This document shows positions 1 to 14,122 of a DNA stretch of 64,000 nt, piece by piece. The notes beneath the pieces are model-generated. The model was given only the letters and a program-made list of their open reading frames with translations, had not been told where the DNA came from and made no database searches. Each line of letters starts with the position of its first letter. Positions within the stretch are counted from its first letter, which is position 1. Source of the stretch: Lama guanicoe (lineage: Eukaryota); assembly GCA_013239625.1 (NCBI GenBank), contig MU053448.1, positions 124,001-188,000 on the forward strand, read 5' to 3'. Both the position numbers and the translations under genes were made by a program.

Positions 1-17
1 TCGCGTCAGCTGGAAAG
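1..17 (+). CDS. TUBGCP5: TUBGCP5 coding exon, 3' end only (probably exon 6 of 23)
   Basis: t CGC GTC AGC TGG AAA G|gtatcc = R-V-S-W-K plus a phase-1 G and GT donor at 18. Joins the next exon to give SWK-DEPD, as in recalled human GCP5. Exon numbering assumes 23 exons, counted back from the last. Confidence 0.8.
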
Positions 18-52
18 GTATCCTGTGTTCTGGGATGCTGGCATCATTTTCT

Positions 53-1336
<1,284 letters not shown>

Positions 1337-2559
1337 TGGCATCATTTTCTAATAGAAGAATTCTCTACAGGGAAAGGCAGCCTTTGAGAGTCAGTTCCAT
1401 GTGATTTAAGATGTGGTAAGCTCTCCCATCCTTATAAAACAAATCTTTTTAAACCATTAGTAGATCTTTCTTCTGTGGTGTCTAAGAAGTAGCTCTATAG
1501 AATTAATGTTGAAAGGGATTTACAGTGTGATTTTGGACTCTTTTTTTTTATTGTTCTGAGAACTTTGTTAGTCCTAAATTATTGTTTTTTTTTTATTGGA
1601 GAAGGATTGGTTTTGCTAAAGTTCGCTGAATAAAAGGAAAATATCTGTACAATTTAATTTTAAATTTGAATGTCTGGTTTTCCAGTTTTTAGTGAAGAAA
1701 AATAAATTATATCTAGAAACAGCTGGAAGTAACCTTCGAGATGAGATCATCTAACCCTACATCTCATTTTGTAGGTGAGAAGCAGAGGTGTGGTTACAGT
1801 GGTTTTCCCGCGGTCACAGCTGTGAAGCTAACCCCAGAAGCTGGGGTCTGTGACCTGGCCCTGTTCACTGTACGTGGACCTCTCCAAGTGGGCAGAAAAT
1901 AGTTAAAGCTGATTTAGCATGCTAGCAATTTTCTGGTTTCTCTTCCCTTTCTTTTTAATTCTTGAATGGGACCTTTAGGACAGAGTGTGGATTAATCAGC
2001 TCAGGGCACATCATCGTCACCAGGCCTTTTAGTTTAGTGTGTGTCTTCTCTTCTGCTGTTTCTGATTCTCACTCCCCTTTCCCTTTGTCTGCCAGCCCCG
2101 TGACAGGCTCCTAAACTAATGTATTTCATACCTGTTCTCACATATGTTGAGTTCTTGTAAAGTACTTTGTGTTGATTGGTGTATTCTTTCCTTAAATTAC
2201 ATACTGGTGTTACTCTGTGTGCAAACCTTGTTCTGTTCTGTTTTCATTTAACTCTGTTTTAAATCTTCCCGTGTCAGTCTGTGACCATCTCTTCTGTCAA
2301 TCCTAGCACGGCATAGGATGCTGTCGTTTGCAGCACTGTGTTTCTGTTATTGCTTCTCTTGTGGACAGGCCTGAGCTGCCTTCACGCCTCTCCTTGCGTG
2401 GGCCCATTATGGACCTGGCCCACAGTCTCATCCCTGCTTGAGTAGACCCCCCTCTGACTGGGTCTGAGGTTGTTTTCATTTGCATCTGTTTGACCACTCG
2501 GGTAAGTACTTGGCATCCTTCAGGTCCCTTAGTCTTGTCCCCTCTATGATGTACACATT

Positions 2560-4210
2560 GACATCTTTTGCTTGTTTTTCCTTGGAGTTTCATGTCCTTC
2601 CTGCCCATGTGTCTAGATAGTAATTCCTAGATTTTAGACATTGCAGTTACTTTCCCCAGCTAGTCTTCTGTTAGCATTTTTCATGGTATCCTTCAAACAG
2701 AATCTGTGATTTTAAAAAATATATTTTATTGTACTCAAATCTGTGAATTTTTCATGATATGGTTAGTATTTGGGCCTTGGTATTTTTCTCTGCAAGAACA
2801 TTCCCCTGTATTTCCCTTCTGTGTGCTTTTTGATAGCTGGTGTCTAGGTCTTTCATGACCACCAGATCCTCTTTTATGTATGAAGTGAGGTTAGAGGGTC
2901 CAGCTTATTTTTCTCCCATGTCATGAGCAGATTTCCCACCAGCATCTCGGGAACAGTCCCTTCTTTCCACATTGCTGTGTAGTTCTAACATTTTGTATAT
3001 CGATACCTGTTTCTTTCTGAACATTCACTTCTCTTCCCTGAGCGTGAGTGTGAGGAACAGACTTTTTATTTATATGGTTTCGTAATATGTTTCAACACAT
3101 GGAAGGCAAGTTTCCCCTTACCTCCTTTACCCTTTTTCCAAGTTGGCTTAGCTATTTATGACTTTTATTGTTCTTTGGACATCTTAGGAGCAGTATGATA
3201 AGTTCTTTTTAAAAAATCCCATTGGAATATCTGTTGGGATTGCATTTTTATAGATTTAGCTTGGGAAGATTTAACATCTTTACTATGAAAATATCTGCAG
3301 TTTTTCTGGTTTTTATACGTTTTATTAGATTTTTGGAAACTTTCTTTATAAAGATCTTAAATATTTGTTAATTTCTATGTGTGTTAATAGTTTTTGTTAT
3401 TGTGAATTGTGTCTTTTTTGTTTTGTTTATTGCTGGTGAGGGGACACTATTGGTTTTTGTAAATTGTTCTTATATCCAGCATTCTTGCTGAACTCATGCT
3501 AGTTATAATTGTTGATTCCGTTGGGTTTTTTGTGTAGATGGTCGGTGTTGTTTGCAGACATTGACAGTTATATCTCCTGCCAGTTCTTAACCTTATAGCT
3601 TCTTTGTGACTCGTTAACCAGCCCTCTGCAGAGGAAGCAGTGACAGTGGGCGTAGGTTTCCTAGAGTAGGTTTTATCCCAGGAGGGTTGCCCCTCAAATT
3701 CCTCAATTAAGCGTGATGGGTTTTGGTGTAGGTTCTGGATATGTGGCCTTTGTCATATTAAGACAGTTTTCTTCTATTCCTGTTTTTCTAGGAGTCTTTA
3801 ATCGTAAATATATATTGGACTTTATCAATTGCTGTTCTTTGTCTGTGAGATAATCCTAAAACTCTTCTCTTTTAGTTCATTACGGCATTGATAGATTTTC
3901 TAATAGTGAATCATTCTTGAACTCCTGAGCTAAACTTTCTTGAGCATTGCTATTTTTTACTATATTATTGGATTGGGTTAGCTATTTTTTAATTTAGGAT
4001 TTTTAATCTTTATTCTTCGATGAATTACTTTTTCTTATCATGTCTTTATCTGGTTTTAGAAGCAAAGTTTTATTAGCCTCATAAAATATTAGGCAGCTTT
4101 CCCTTTGTCTGCTTTCTACAACCATTTATCTAATCCTTTAGAGCTTAGTACCAAGTCCTGAGTCTTTGGGGGTGCTTGGGAACATCTTTGGTTATCATTT
4201 CAGTTTCTTT
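2560..4210 (-). mobile_element. Ancient, highly degraded L1 ORF2-region remnant
   Basis: T-rich antisense L1-like phrases (ttgttcttatatccagcattcttgctgaactc, ttttcttctattcct, ttggattgggttagcta). Boundaries approximate. Confidence 0.55.
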
Positions 4211-4736
4211 CATGATTATTGAACTATTTAAATGTACTGTTTGTATCTTTTTATTTATGGGGTCATTTTTTTTACCATATTTTTATTTACTACATGTACT
4301 ATAAACATATACAATATATGCTACAAAAAATTTTTTTTAATTTAACTGTCAAGGAAGTATGTAGTGTTTTAATACAATGACACATGTTTGTATTTTATTT
4401 CAAATTGATATGCGTATCACCCATTTCAAACCATTAATAGTGAAATTCATGCAGTCGTTTTTAAATTGAGCAATTTTTTTTTCTAGCAGTGACATTTAAT
4501 TAAATTTTATGTCTCTCTCCCCTCTCTCCCCCCATATATGTGTGAATATTTATTTATATATATATATATAGTTTTAAGTAAATATACAGATGTTGTCTGG
4601 TGGCTGTTCTTTTAAAGAACTTTTTTTTCAGTTGACTGTTTGAATGGAGTCTTAAGTTCAGATATTGTGGCAAAATTGATCAAGTGTTTTTTCATTAATT
4701 CTTATAACAAAACGTAGCCAAATTCCCTTCCAGTAG

Positions 4737-4851
4737 ACGAGCCAGATGCCCGGAGCTGGCTGGAGCAGAACGTGGTCCGTCAGTACTGGACAGCCAGGTC
4801 CTCAAGGTTTCCTCATAGTTTACATTTGCACTCCAATCTAGCTGCTGTCTG
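4737..4851 (+). CDS. TUBGCP5: TUBGCP5 exon (7): (D)EPDARSWLEQNVVRQYWTARSSRFPHSLHLHSNLAAV(W)
   Basis: Acceptor ttcccttcCAGTAG| (tandem acceptor, alternative start 4734); donor TG|gtgaga; GCP5-like peptide. Confidence 0.92.
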
Positions 4852-5423
4852 GTGAGAGGCTAAATTTTTCATTTAATGTGTTGATAGAAGAAACTTTGAT
4901 GTTTTAATATTTGGTTTTGATTTGTGATTTAAATCAAGTGCTTCCTTGAAATTTAAACTTTTTTTTTAACAATTCCAGTTGAACACAGCTTTAAATTATT
5001 TAATTTTTTTTTTTAAATGCATTTGTTATTCAACTGTAGTCTGTCTTTTGATTTCTTATTTTCAGAGTTAATTGATTGGTATATATGAGGTATATATTGG
5101 TATATATTTATTTGATTTCTATTTTAGTGCACCTACTACAAAAATAGTTACTATTTTTCTAAAACACCAATAATACATAGTTTTAAACATTTGCCTAAGT
5201 CAGCAATAGACATAACAATTGGACTTGGTCTGAAAGGGCTTCTCTGAGAATATTTCAATTGACCTGTGAAAATGAATATGGGGAGACATTTAAAGCCTGT
5301 ATTATGCTTATTTGCATTTTGATTACTGTCAAAGTACCACTAAGTCGCATATATTCTCTGAGACATGTAGTTTTCCTTAGTGAGAAATCTTTTCATTGAC
5401 ATTTGACCTTTGCTGTCTAATAG

Positions 5424-5513
5424 GGATCAACACTTGTACAGCAGTGATCCGTTATATGTTCCAGATGACAGAGTTTTTGTTACTGAAACGCAAGTTATTC
5501 GGGAAACCCTATG
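5424..5513 (+). CDS. TUBGCP5: TUBGCP5 exon (8): DQHLYSSDPLYVPDDRVFVTETQVIRETL(W)
   Basis: aatag| acceptor, |gtaaga donor, 90 nt, phase 2-2. Confidence 0.95.
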
Positions 5514-6290
5514 GTAAGACCTGTTGACCTAATTAATAGTCTAAAGACTTTATTAATAAGACACAATTTTGGTTTTTTTAAAGAAAAGTGTTCAAAGATT
5601 TTCCAGGTGTAAATTAGAAACAGGTCATTAGGTGCAAACCCAAAACAGTTCCCTGTGGGCCTCTGAGCTTGGACTGTGGGACTCAGGAAGCCCAAACTCC
5701 AGATTTGACTGTGGAGATTGTGAGAATTTGATACATTTACCTCTTTTACATTTTAAATAACTTTATATATGATTTAATTACGATTAGACCATCACTTTTT
5801 TAATAGCTGGATTGAAATTAAGGTTTCTAGTTTGCTGCTGACTGCTTTTTAGGCAGAGCATATCAGTGAGAGTTACCTTTGTCGACACCGTGCCTAGAAA
5901 CCAGGAATCTAAGAATTTAGACTGTGTTCATACAAACATGAAAGTGAGAAATGTAACACATGGTGATGTTACTACTGAGATTTCCAGGTTCTGTATTCCG
6001 CAAAATACAAAACTGGCATTCTTAAAAATGGGACGATCTCTTTGGACCATCACATATGTGAGGAAACACTTTGACAATACTATTTTGTACTTTTTTTTTA
6101 AAAGAAGATACTGAAATATTTTGAGTCTTAAAATAATAGATAAAAAGATTGATGTCTTTAATTTTCTGTCTGACTTCTTTGCCCTTCCTCGGAACCCTCT
6201 TCTGAATCTTTCATGAAAATTTCTTAGGCGTTAATGTAGCGAATATTTTTCTAAACTTTAAATACATTCATCTTTTTTATTTCATTTCAG

Positions 6291-6384
6291 GTTACTATCA
6301 GGGGTAAAAAAGCTCTTCATATTTCAGGTGATAGATGGGAAGGTGACTGTGAGAAACAATATTATAGTAACTCATTTGACACAG
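6291..6384 (+). CDS. TUBGCP5: TUBGCP5 exon (9): LLSGVKKLFIFQVIDGKVTVRNNIIVTHLTQ
   Basis: tttcag| acceptor, |gtaagt donor, 94 nt. Confidence 0.95.
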
Positions 6385-6850
6385 GTAAGTTATTTGTGTT
6401 TATTATCATTAAATATATATAAAATATGTATCACTTATATATATAAAATATTTTCATATTTTTCCATCACGGGTTATTATAAGATACTGAGTATAGTTCC
6501 CTGTGGAGAATTCTTTAATACTATTTGTGATGTTTATATTCAGTTTTGATTGGTGTTTTCTGCTTTTTATTTCTGTCATTCTGTATTATGAAAGCTGTCC
6601 ACTATAATTTTTTGCTTATAGTGCATTTACCTTTTATGTGTGTGTTTTTAAAAAGTATAAGCCACAGTTCTGTATTTTGTAAAAATTAATGCTTTGAACT
6701 ATTTCCTTTGAATTTAAAACTAAAGATTCGTTCTACTGCTTTGTCTTTTACTAAGCATGCCGTTTAAAACACAAAAGAAGTATTTTAGACTGAGGGGGAT
6801 ACACATTAAAATGCCTGACTCTGAATCATTGTGGTTTGCTTCTGTTGCAG

Positions 6851-7097
6851 AGCTGTTTACGGTCAGTGTTAGAACAGATAGCAGCATATGGTCAGGTTGT
6901 GTTTCGACTCCAGGAGTTCATTGATGAAGTCATGGGGCATAGCTCCGAGAGCGTGTTACCTGGGAATGGCTCTGCTGCAAAGAAGCCGACTGAGGCGCCC
7001 TTTAGAACATACCAGGCTTTCATGTGGGCGCTGTACAAGTACTTCATTAGTTTCAAAGAGGAACTCACGGAAATTGAGAAGTGCATCATCAGTAACG
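6851..7097 (+). CDS. TUBGCP5: TUBGCP5 exon (10): SCLRSVLEQIAAYGQVVFRLQEF...EIEKCIISN
   Basis: ttgcag| acceptor, G|gtattt donor, 247 nt; matches ORF 6836..7105. Confidence 0.95.
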
Positions 7098-7919
7098 GTA
7101 TTTAAATATTCTCCTTTTTTACTCTAAGACACAGAACTCCTATTTTGAATGCCATTAGGTTAATAATTGATATACAATTTGAAACTTACATGGCAAATAA
7201 TCTTCCTGAATACACACATTTTTTAAAAGTATTTGAAACTTGTGTTTTTAAGCCATTCATATGTCTAAAAATCCAAGCAGTACAGAAAGATTTATAGTGA
7301 AAATTCTTCCTCCTGTGCCAGTTCCCCAGCCCAGAGGCAACCAAGTGATCGATTTCTGGTGCATCCTCCCAGAAATAAGTCAGACATATGCAAGCAGTGT
7401 GTGTTCTTACACGCACACCTACTAGGCTATTAACTGCTCTCTTTAAATTGTTTTCTGATTTAAATACTGAGGACTATACCCTACAGGTATGTAAAGAGCC
7501 TCCTTGTTCCTTTTTACAAATTGGGCATTTTGTTGTGTGAATAGATCACTCGCCTTTTGGTGGATGTTTGGCTGTTCCTGATCTTTTGCTGTTGCCAGCA
7601 GTGCTGCAGTGATAGCTGCCTACATGTGAGTGTTGTCCACGTGTGCAGCAAGTTACCCACAGGGTAAATCCTTACGAGTGGAATTGCTGAGTCAAAGGGT
7701 ATTTGATGGCGTATGTGATTCCAGTAAATACTGCACATCATTCTCCACAGAGATACAGATAGATAAGTTTACACTCTTGCCAGCAATGTACATGAAAACC
7801 CATTTGCTCACACTCTTGCAAGACAGTGGGGTATTATCCGACTTCTTGGTCTTCACCAGTATGATAGGTGAAAATGGTAACCCACTGTAGGTTTTACAAC
7901 TACTGCAAAAAGTAGCACG

Positions 7920-8055
7920 GGGGGTGAGGGGGAGGTTACAGCAAATGGTAGAGAGCATGCTTAGCATGCGTGAGATCCTGGGTTCAATCCCCAGTACCTC
8001 CTCTAAAAGTAAATAAATAAACCTAACTACCTCCCCCCAACCAAAAAGAAAAAGG
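7920..8055 (+). mobile_element. tRNA-derived SINE (Vic-1-like), long-tail form
   Basis: ..tggtagagagcatgcttagcatgcgtgagatcctgggttcaatccccagtacctcc plus aaataaataaacctaactacctcccc tail. Confidence 0.85.
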
Positions 8056-8680
8056 TAGTGCAGAGAGGTCCCATGTTCCCATAACTCAACTTCCCCCGGT
8101 GTTGACACCTTATAGAATTATAGCACGTTATCAAAAGTAGGGAACTGACACCGGCATGGGACATTTACAGGCCTGACAGGGTTCCACCAGTTTTGCAGGC
8201 ACTTGGTTTTTTGCAGGGAGGTGAGTGATGTCTTTGTATAGTACTGTGACATTTTATCACGTGTGGATTTGTATGACCACCTTCGCATTTAGGATTCAGA
8301 GCTGTGCCATCCCGACCAAGGAGCTCGCTCTTGCTGCCCTTAGTTAAAGTCGCCCCTCCATCCTCCCCTCACTAAAACAGGAGCCCACGGTAGTCTGTAT
8401 TTTATTTGCCCGGTGTAGTTTTAATTTGCATTCCTCCTTCATAAGCGAGGTTGAGTGTCTTTCTACTTGAATCTCAATTTCCATGAATTGTCAGTTCCTT
8501 TCTACATTAGTTTTCTACTGAGTTGTCTTTTCTTTCTTTAGGGAAATCAGTTCCTTGTGATGTGAGATTAAAACCCAGCATCCTCCAGTTTGCCTTTCCA
8601 TAAGTGGCTTAGCGTTTATGTCACATTTGGAATGCGGGTATTTTTCCTTGCTAATATGTTTAATTTCTTGATATTTACAG

Positions 8681-8883
8681 ATACTACAATAACTCTTGCC
8701 ATAGTGGTGGATAAGCTGTCACCTCGACTGGCTCAGCTCAAGGTTCTGCACAAAGTGTTTAGTACTGGAGTAGCAGAAGTTCCACCTGACACTCGGAATG
8801 TCGTCCGGGCATCTCACCTGCTCAACACGCTGTACAAAGCCATCCTTGAATATGATAACGTTGGAGAAGCCTCTGAGCAGACC
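8681..8883 (+). CDS. TUBGCP5: TUBGCP5 exon (11): (D)TTITLAIVVDKLSPRLAQLKVLHKVFS...GEASEQT
   Basis: tttacag| acceptor, ACC|gtatgt donor, 203 nt. Confidence 0.95.
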
Positions 8884-9342
8884 GTATGTGGGACCCTTGT
8901 CTAGTCTACCATGCGAGACTCCAGCCTGCTTAGCCACAGGGGTGCTGGGTAGCCTGCCCTAGGTCTTTGTAAAAATGATGTGTCAGACAGTTGTTCAGTT
9001 TTCAAATTAGCTTCTAAATTCAAGGCAGCACGAAACTAGCTTTTCAGCTATAATTGCCAAGACGCCAAAAGGATGAGGCAAGAATAAAGCAAAACGTAAA
9101 AGCAAGAGATGAAAAATAGCTAGCTGACTTATACAGATGTTTGCAATAACAAACTTTCTTAAATAAAAATACAGATCTGTTATATGAGGTCTCTAGAATA
9201 GTCAAGTTCACAGAAATAGGTGGTTCCCAGGGCCTGGGGGAGGGGAGATGGTTAGTGGGTACAGAGTGTCAGTTTTGCAGCATGAGAAAGGTTTGGAGAT
9301 CTGTTTTTGCAGTATGAATACACTTAACACTGCTTATCTGTG

Positions 9343-9613
9343 CACTTTAAAATGGTTAAGATAGTATAGTTTATGTTGTACATTTTTTTACCATAATATA
9401 AAAAATCTAATTTTTTATCATAATATAAAAAATCTAATCGTGCAGATCTGATTAGAGACTATGATCTACAAAGCTGCAAGTTTCTCTGGGCACAACACTT
9501 TAAAATGGTTAAGATAGTATAGTTTATATTGTACATTTTTTTACCATAATATAAAAAAATATAGATCTGATTAGAGACTATGATCTACAAAGCTGCAAGT
9601 TTCTCTGGGCACA
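9343..9613. repeat. Direct tandem duplication (about 150 + 117 bp) at the end of an old L1 3' fragment
   Basis: ctttaaaatggttaagatagtatagttta..gtacatttt..accataatataaaaaa..agatctgattagagactatgatctacaaagctgcaagtttctctgggcaca occurs twice head-to-tail. Confidence 0.9.
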
Positions 9614-10081
9614 TATTTTAGGTTTTTTGTCTCGTTTGTGAGTATAACTGTTTTCTCACCATTTTGGTGCTACAGTTCAGTGTAAAGGAGGTTGATTTCT
9701 TTGGCTCTATAATTTCTTTTTTATTGGAAACTGCAGTAGAATGAAATCACGTCCTTGTTCATGGACGTCTTGCTAATAGCACTGTTTGGGTAGGAGACCT
9801 GTACACCCCAGTTTGAGGTCCAGTTGAGAACTGTTGTCCCTGTGTACCTTTCACTCTCAAAAAGGTGCTGGTATAGACAGTATGGTGTCCGCATATTTGG
9901 GTGAGGTTTTTTTTTCAGAAGGATTTTATAGCATATGGTTTGGACTTTTAATTTCTTACTTGGTTTCAAAAAAACATAGAAATCAGATTGCTTTTTAAAA
10001 GGCGCTTGAGAAATGCTAAAACCTCATTGTGTCCAGAGACGAGAGGGTTCTGAGAGCGGGTGTGCGTGGCGCCCTTCCCAG

Positions 10082-10197
10082 GTGTCCTTGCTGTTCTCAC
10101 TCTGGGTGGAGACGGTGCGGCCCTACCTGCAGACTGTGGACGAGTGGATCGCTCATGGGCAGCTGTGCGACTGCGCCAAGGAGTTCATCATCCAGAG
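10082..10197 (+). CDS. TUBGCP5: TUBGCP5 exon (12): VSLLFSLWVETVRPYLQTVDEWIAHGQLCDCAKEFIIQ(R)
   Basis: cttcccag| acceptor, AG|gtgagg donor, 116 nt. Confidence 0.95.
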
Positions 10198-10744
10198 GTG
10201 AGGGGCACGCGGGCCCGGTCCCCTGTTCTCTCACTGCCGTCCGCTTCGGTGATTCTGAGGGGCTGCAGTGCAGGTGGCAGAGCGGTGTTGTCGCCACATG
10301 CCAGTTCTGTTGCACTTTCAGAGAAGACATCAGGTACCAGCCAAAAAGCATCTTTTTTCCAAGTTTTATGTCAGTTCACAGTTTTGCTTACTAGCAAATT
10401 GTATTTTTGAACGGTAGTCTGTTTATGGCTGGCTGGTCTGGTGAAAGGCACACTGTGCCCCTTAAAATGAATTAGGTGATGTCAAGTGGCTTCATTAATG
10501 GAAGTCAGTGGAAATAAATTATCAATAAGATGAAGGATGTGAAAATATTACAGAATATGCCTCTAATATATTTATTTCTCCTAATTAGTAACCCTTTTTT
10601 AATACTCCTTTAAAATAATATTTAATAAAATAATTAAGGAAAATCTTAATCCAGTTATGATGGTTCCCTTTCACTTAATTGATTTTTCTGAACACTCTCG
10701 TAACTCAGTCTTAAGTTCTGCACTCTGTTTAGATATGTGGGGTT

Positions 10745-10921
10745 TTTTTTAAATATTTCATTTACTTATTTATCATTGTATTATTTAATTATTTTTTTAT
10801 TATGGCAGCAGGGGAGGTAATTAGGTTTATTTATTTATGTTTCTTGAGAAGGTTCTGGGGATTGACCCCAGGACCTCGTGCATGCTAAGCACACTGTACC
10901 ACTGAGCTGTACCCTCCCCCC
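10745..10921 (-). mobile_element. tRNA-derived SINE (Vic-1-like)
   Basis: Reverse complement of ggggagggtacagctcagtggt..gcttagcatgcacgaggtcctgggg; TSD ttagatatgtg / ttagatgtgtg. Confidence 0.85.
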
Positions 10922-11539
10922 TTAGATGTGTGTTTTACTGATAGCTATCCATCTAACTCATCAAGAAGAGTAACCTTAGAGCCCCAGAAAGGTAACCCTG
11001 TTTACACAGTGCTCATGTAAACGAGCCAGCCTTTCTTCAGCTGCGTTTTGGGTGTGTCCTTATGTCTTGTTTCATCTGTTGCATGTGAGAATTTTTGTAA
11101 AAACTTGATTCTGACTGTTCTTAGAGGGTGATGGATGACCCGTGTTTCATTGTTAAAACAGTCCAGTTAAGAATCTCTGTGGGAAAAAAGACTTGGAAGT
11201 CTGGAGAGTACTTTGACAGGAGGTAGCAAGATGGGTAAACTTTTATTCTACCTTTAAAGAGGACCAAATTAATCATATTTTGTTTAATTCCAATTTGGGA
11301 AATTTTGTCTGGTTAGTTAAATTTTACCTATGCCATTCAGAGTATTTATCCACTTTTCTATGTTAAACTGAAATCAAATAAAACTTCTGTCCCATTTCTA
11401 CCTGAGGATTTCATTGTTTACTAATAATTGATATAACTGTGTTTAGGAATGTCTGGACAACATGCCTAAGCTAGAACAGATACACTGTTGTTTTTAAGGA
11501 AGAAAAGATAAATTTAAAAAATTTTTTGAATCTCTTTAG

Positions 11540-11808
11540 AAACAAAAATGTTCCAGTAAATCATAGAGACTTTTGGTATGCAACTTACACGCTGTACAGT
11601 GTATCAGAAAAGACAGAAAATGAAGAAAAAATGAGTGACAACGCCAGCGCGAGCTCCGGCAGTGACCAGGGGCCCTCCAGCAGGCAGCACACCATGGTGT
11701 CCTTCCTGAAGCCTGTCCTCAAGCAGATCATCATGGCCGGCAAGTCGATGCAGCTGCTGAAAAACCTGCAGTGCGTGGACAGCACTGCGTGCCAGGCCAC
11801 TGCCAGAG
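11540..11808 (+). CDS. TUBGCP5: TUBGCP5 exon (13): NKNVPVNHRDFWYATYTLYS...STACQATAR
   Basis: ctttag| acceptor, G|gttagc donor, 269 nt. Confidence 0.95.
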
Positions 11809-12737
11809 GTTAGCCCCGTGGCGCTGCCATCCTGGGGGCTGTGTGATTATTGTGCAGTTGCAGAATTATCAAAGCCTTTTGTTTTCATGGAAATTCTCAC
11901 CATGATCAAATTAATAGGTCATGCTGCTTCTGTTTGAAAAAAGCTTGTCCTCATTGGAAACTTTCGGCACGGGGTTTGGAAGGCAGTGGTAGTAAGTTCC
12001 GTACGCATTTTCTTCACTCTTGATTCCTTAGGGCTGGTCCTTTAACAGTAATTCTCTGGCATTTCTTAATGCACTGCAGCATTTAGCATCTGAAGACCGT
12101 GAACTCTGGCAGATAGGAATTTGTTGGTGAGCGGTTCAGACTTGATCATAGATTTTGAGAAAATCTTGATATAATTTCTGGTCTTTTTTGATGCAATGTA
12201 AGTAATAAAATTTTATCAGCTGACTACAGAGGCTTAGAGAGGTACATATATGACCTTAGTTGTGTTGTTTGTAAGTCACCTTAATGTTATCTTAGTTACT
12301 TTGTGGTATTGTGTCAACTTTAATAATATTTTCACTTCACAGAATATTTCCTTTTTAACTGAATAATCGAATGTAAAGCTCTTCCCAGTGCCACTGTTGG
12401 AAGTGCTTTCCCAATGACGTCACAGCTCCTATTAATGTTATCATAGTGCTGTCAGATGTAGTGGTAACTTAACTTTTAAGCATCCTGCTTTGGCTGTTAC
12501 TCTGTTCAGAGAAAACTAGCTTATACTTTGAATGTTCAACCATGAACTTTGCAGTCATCTAACAGAGGGTATAAAAATGTTCACTTGTGCTAAACTGTAA
12601 AGATAACAGAACAGGGATAGACCCTCATGGGCCAAAGGGAAAATTCCAGTCTACATTTAGATAAGATTACTTAATATTTCTTAATGTTGCTTATTTACTA
12701 GAACACAAACCACCTTACACATTTTTTTATGTTTCAG

Positions 12738-12936
12738 ATGCAGAAAGAAAAAGCCTCTATACGCTCTTTCTGGAGTCTGTACAGTCTCGTCTTCGGCATG
12801 GAGAAGCGCCCACCGCCCAGGCCCTCTCTGAGCCACAGACCCCCAGAGAGGCCCTCGTTAAGATGCAGTCCATCGCCGAAAGGCACCTGGAGCTGGATGA
12901 CGTTCATGACCCACTGCTGGCGATAAATTTTGCAAG
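12738..12936 (+). CDS. TUBGCP5: TUBGCP5 exon (14): (D)AERKSLYTLFLESVQSRLRHGE...DPLLAINFA(R)
   Basis: tttcag| acceptor, AG|gtgata donor, 199 nt. Confidence 0.94.
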
Positions 12937-13599
12937 GTGATACACACCTGCAGGATTTTCAGTGATTGAAATGGCAGAATCTGTGCTGCAGTATTTAGTA
13001 ACTGTTTATCCCTGCCAGGTAGGGCTTTCCAGCCTTAAAAATGGAAACCTTTGAAGCCTCTCCTTCCTAATGAATGGAATACAAGAAGATACTGTGTTCA
13101 CTTAGCTCGGATGTATATTTTGGTCTCCTTGTTTTTTGTGAAAGTCCACAGATTATCATGTCCCTAAGGCCATTGGCCAGTGCTGTCACTCATACAGAAG
13201 ATGCTGGTGGAAGTGGGGGTCATGGGGTCCTCGGACACGTTGAGTCACACCCTCCCTATGTTTCTTAGCCCTTAGGTGCTTTCAGGCACTTAGCCCGTTT
13301 GAAGTGAGCTGTTCAGATGCATACAATGCCCTGTTTATTGTCCAGCGGTCATATTTACTGCCTCCGCTCTAATGGCTAGAAAGACCTACTCAGTACCTGA
13401 CCCTAAAGGGAGGAGCAACTCCGTGAAGGACTGGTTTACACAAAGAATATTTTGAGGGTGTTTATTTCTATAAGAGTTGCTATAATAGTTGTATTTTTAA
13501 GACTAAAGGTAAAAATGGGACTCCGGAGTTTTGATATAAGGGAATTCTGTTGAAATGAACGGATATGTATATGTGGTGTGTGATATGTACATATCTGCA

Positions 13600-14075
13600 T
13601 GTCTGTATATGGAATGTTGTTCAACCATAAATGACGCTTTGCCATTTGCAGCAACATGGATGGACTTGGAAATTATTATGCCAAGTGAAGTAAGCCAGAC
13701 AGACGAAGACAAATACTGTATGACATCACTTATGTGTGGAATCTAAAAAAATTAAGCAGACTACTGAATATAAGAGAAAAGAAACAGACTCACAGATGTA
13801 GAGAAGGAACTAGTGGTTACCACTGGGGAGCGGGGACCAGGGAGCGGCAAGATAGGGGCGGGGGCTTAAGAGTACAAGCTACTGGGTATAAAATAAATAA
13901 GCTGCGAGGGTTTGTTGTACAGCACAAGGAATATAGCCTGTGCTGTAAAATACAATATTTCATAATAACTGTAAGTGGAGTATCACCTTTAAAAATTGTG
14001 AATCACCATGTTGTACACCTGAAACTTATGTAACATTGTGAATCAACTATACTTCAATTTTTTAATGATTTTTAA
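13600..14075 (+). mobile_element. L1 3'-end fragment
   Basis: ccatttgcagcaacatggatggacttgga...gtacacctgaaact..taacattgtgaatcaactatacttcaatt. Confidence 0.85.
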
Positions 14076-14122
14076 AAAAGAACTCTTCGTTTTTTAAAAA
14101 GACTCATATTTTTATGTTAAAG

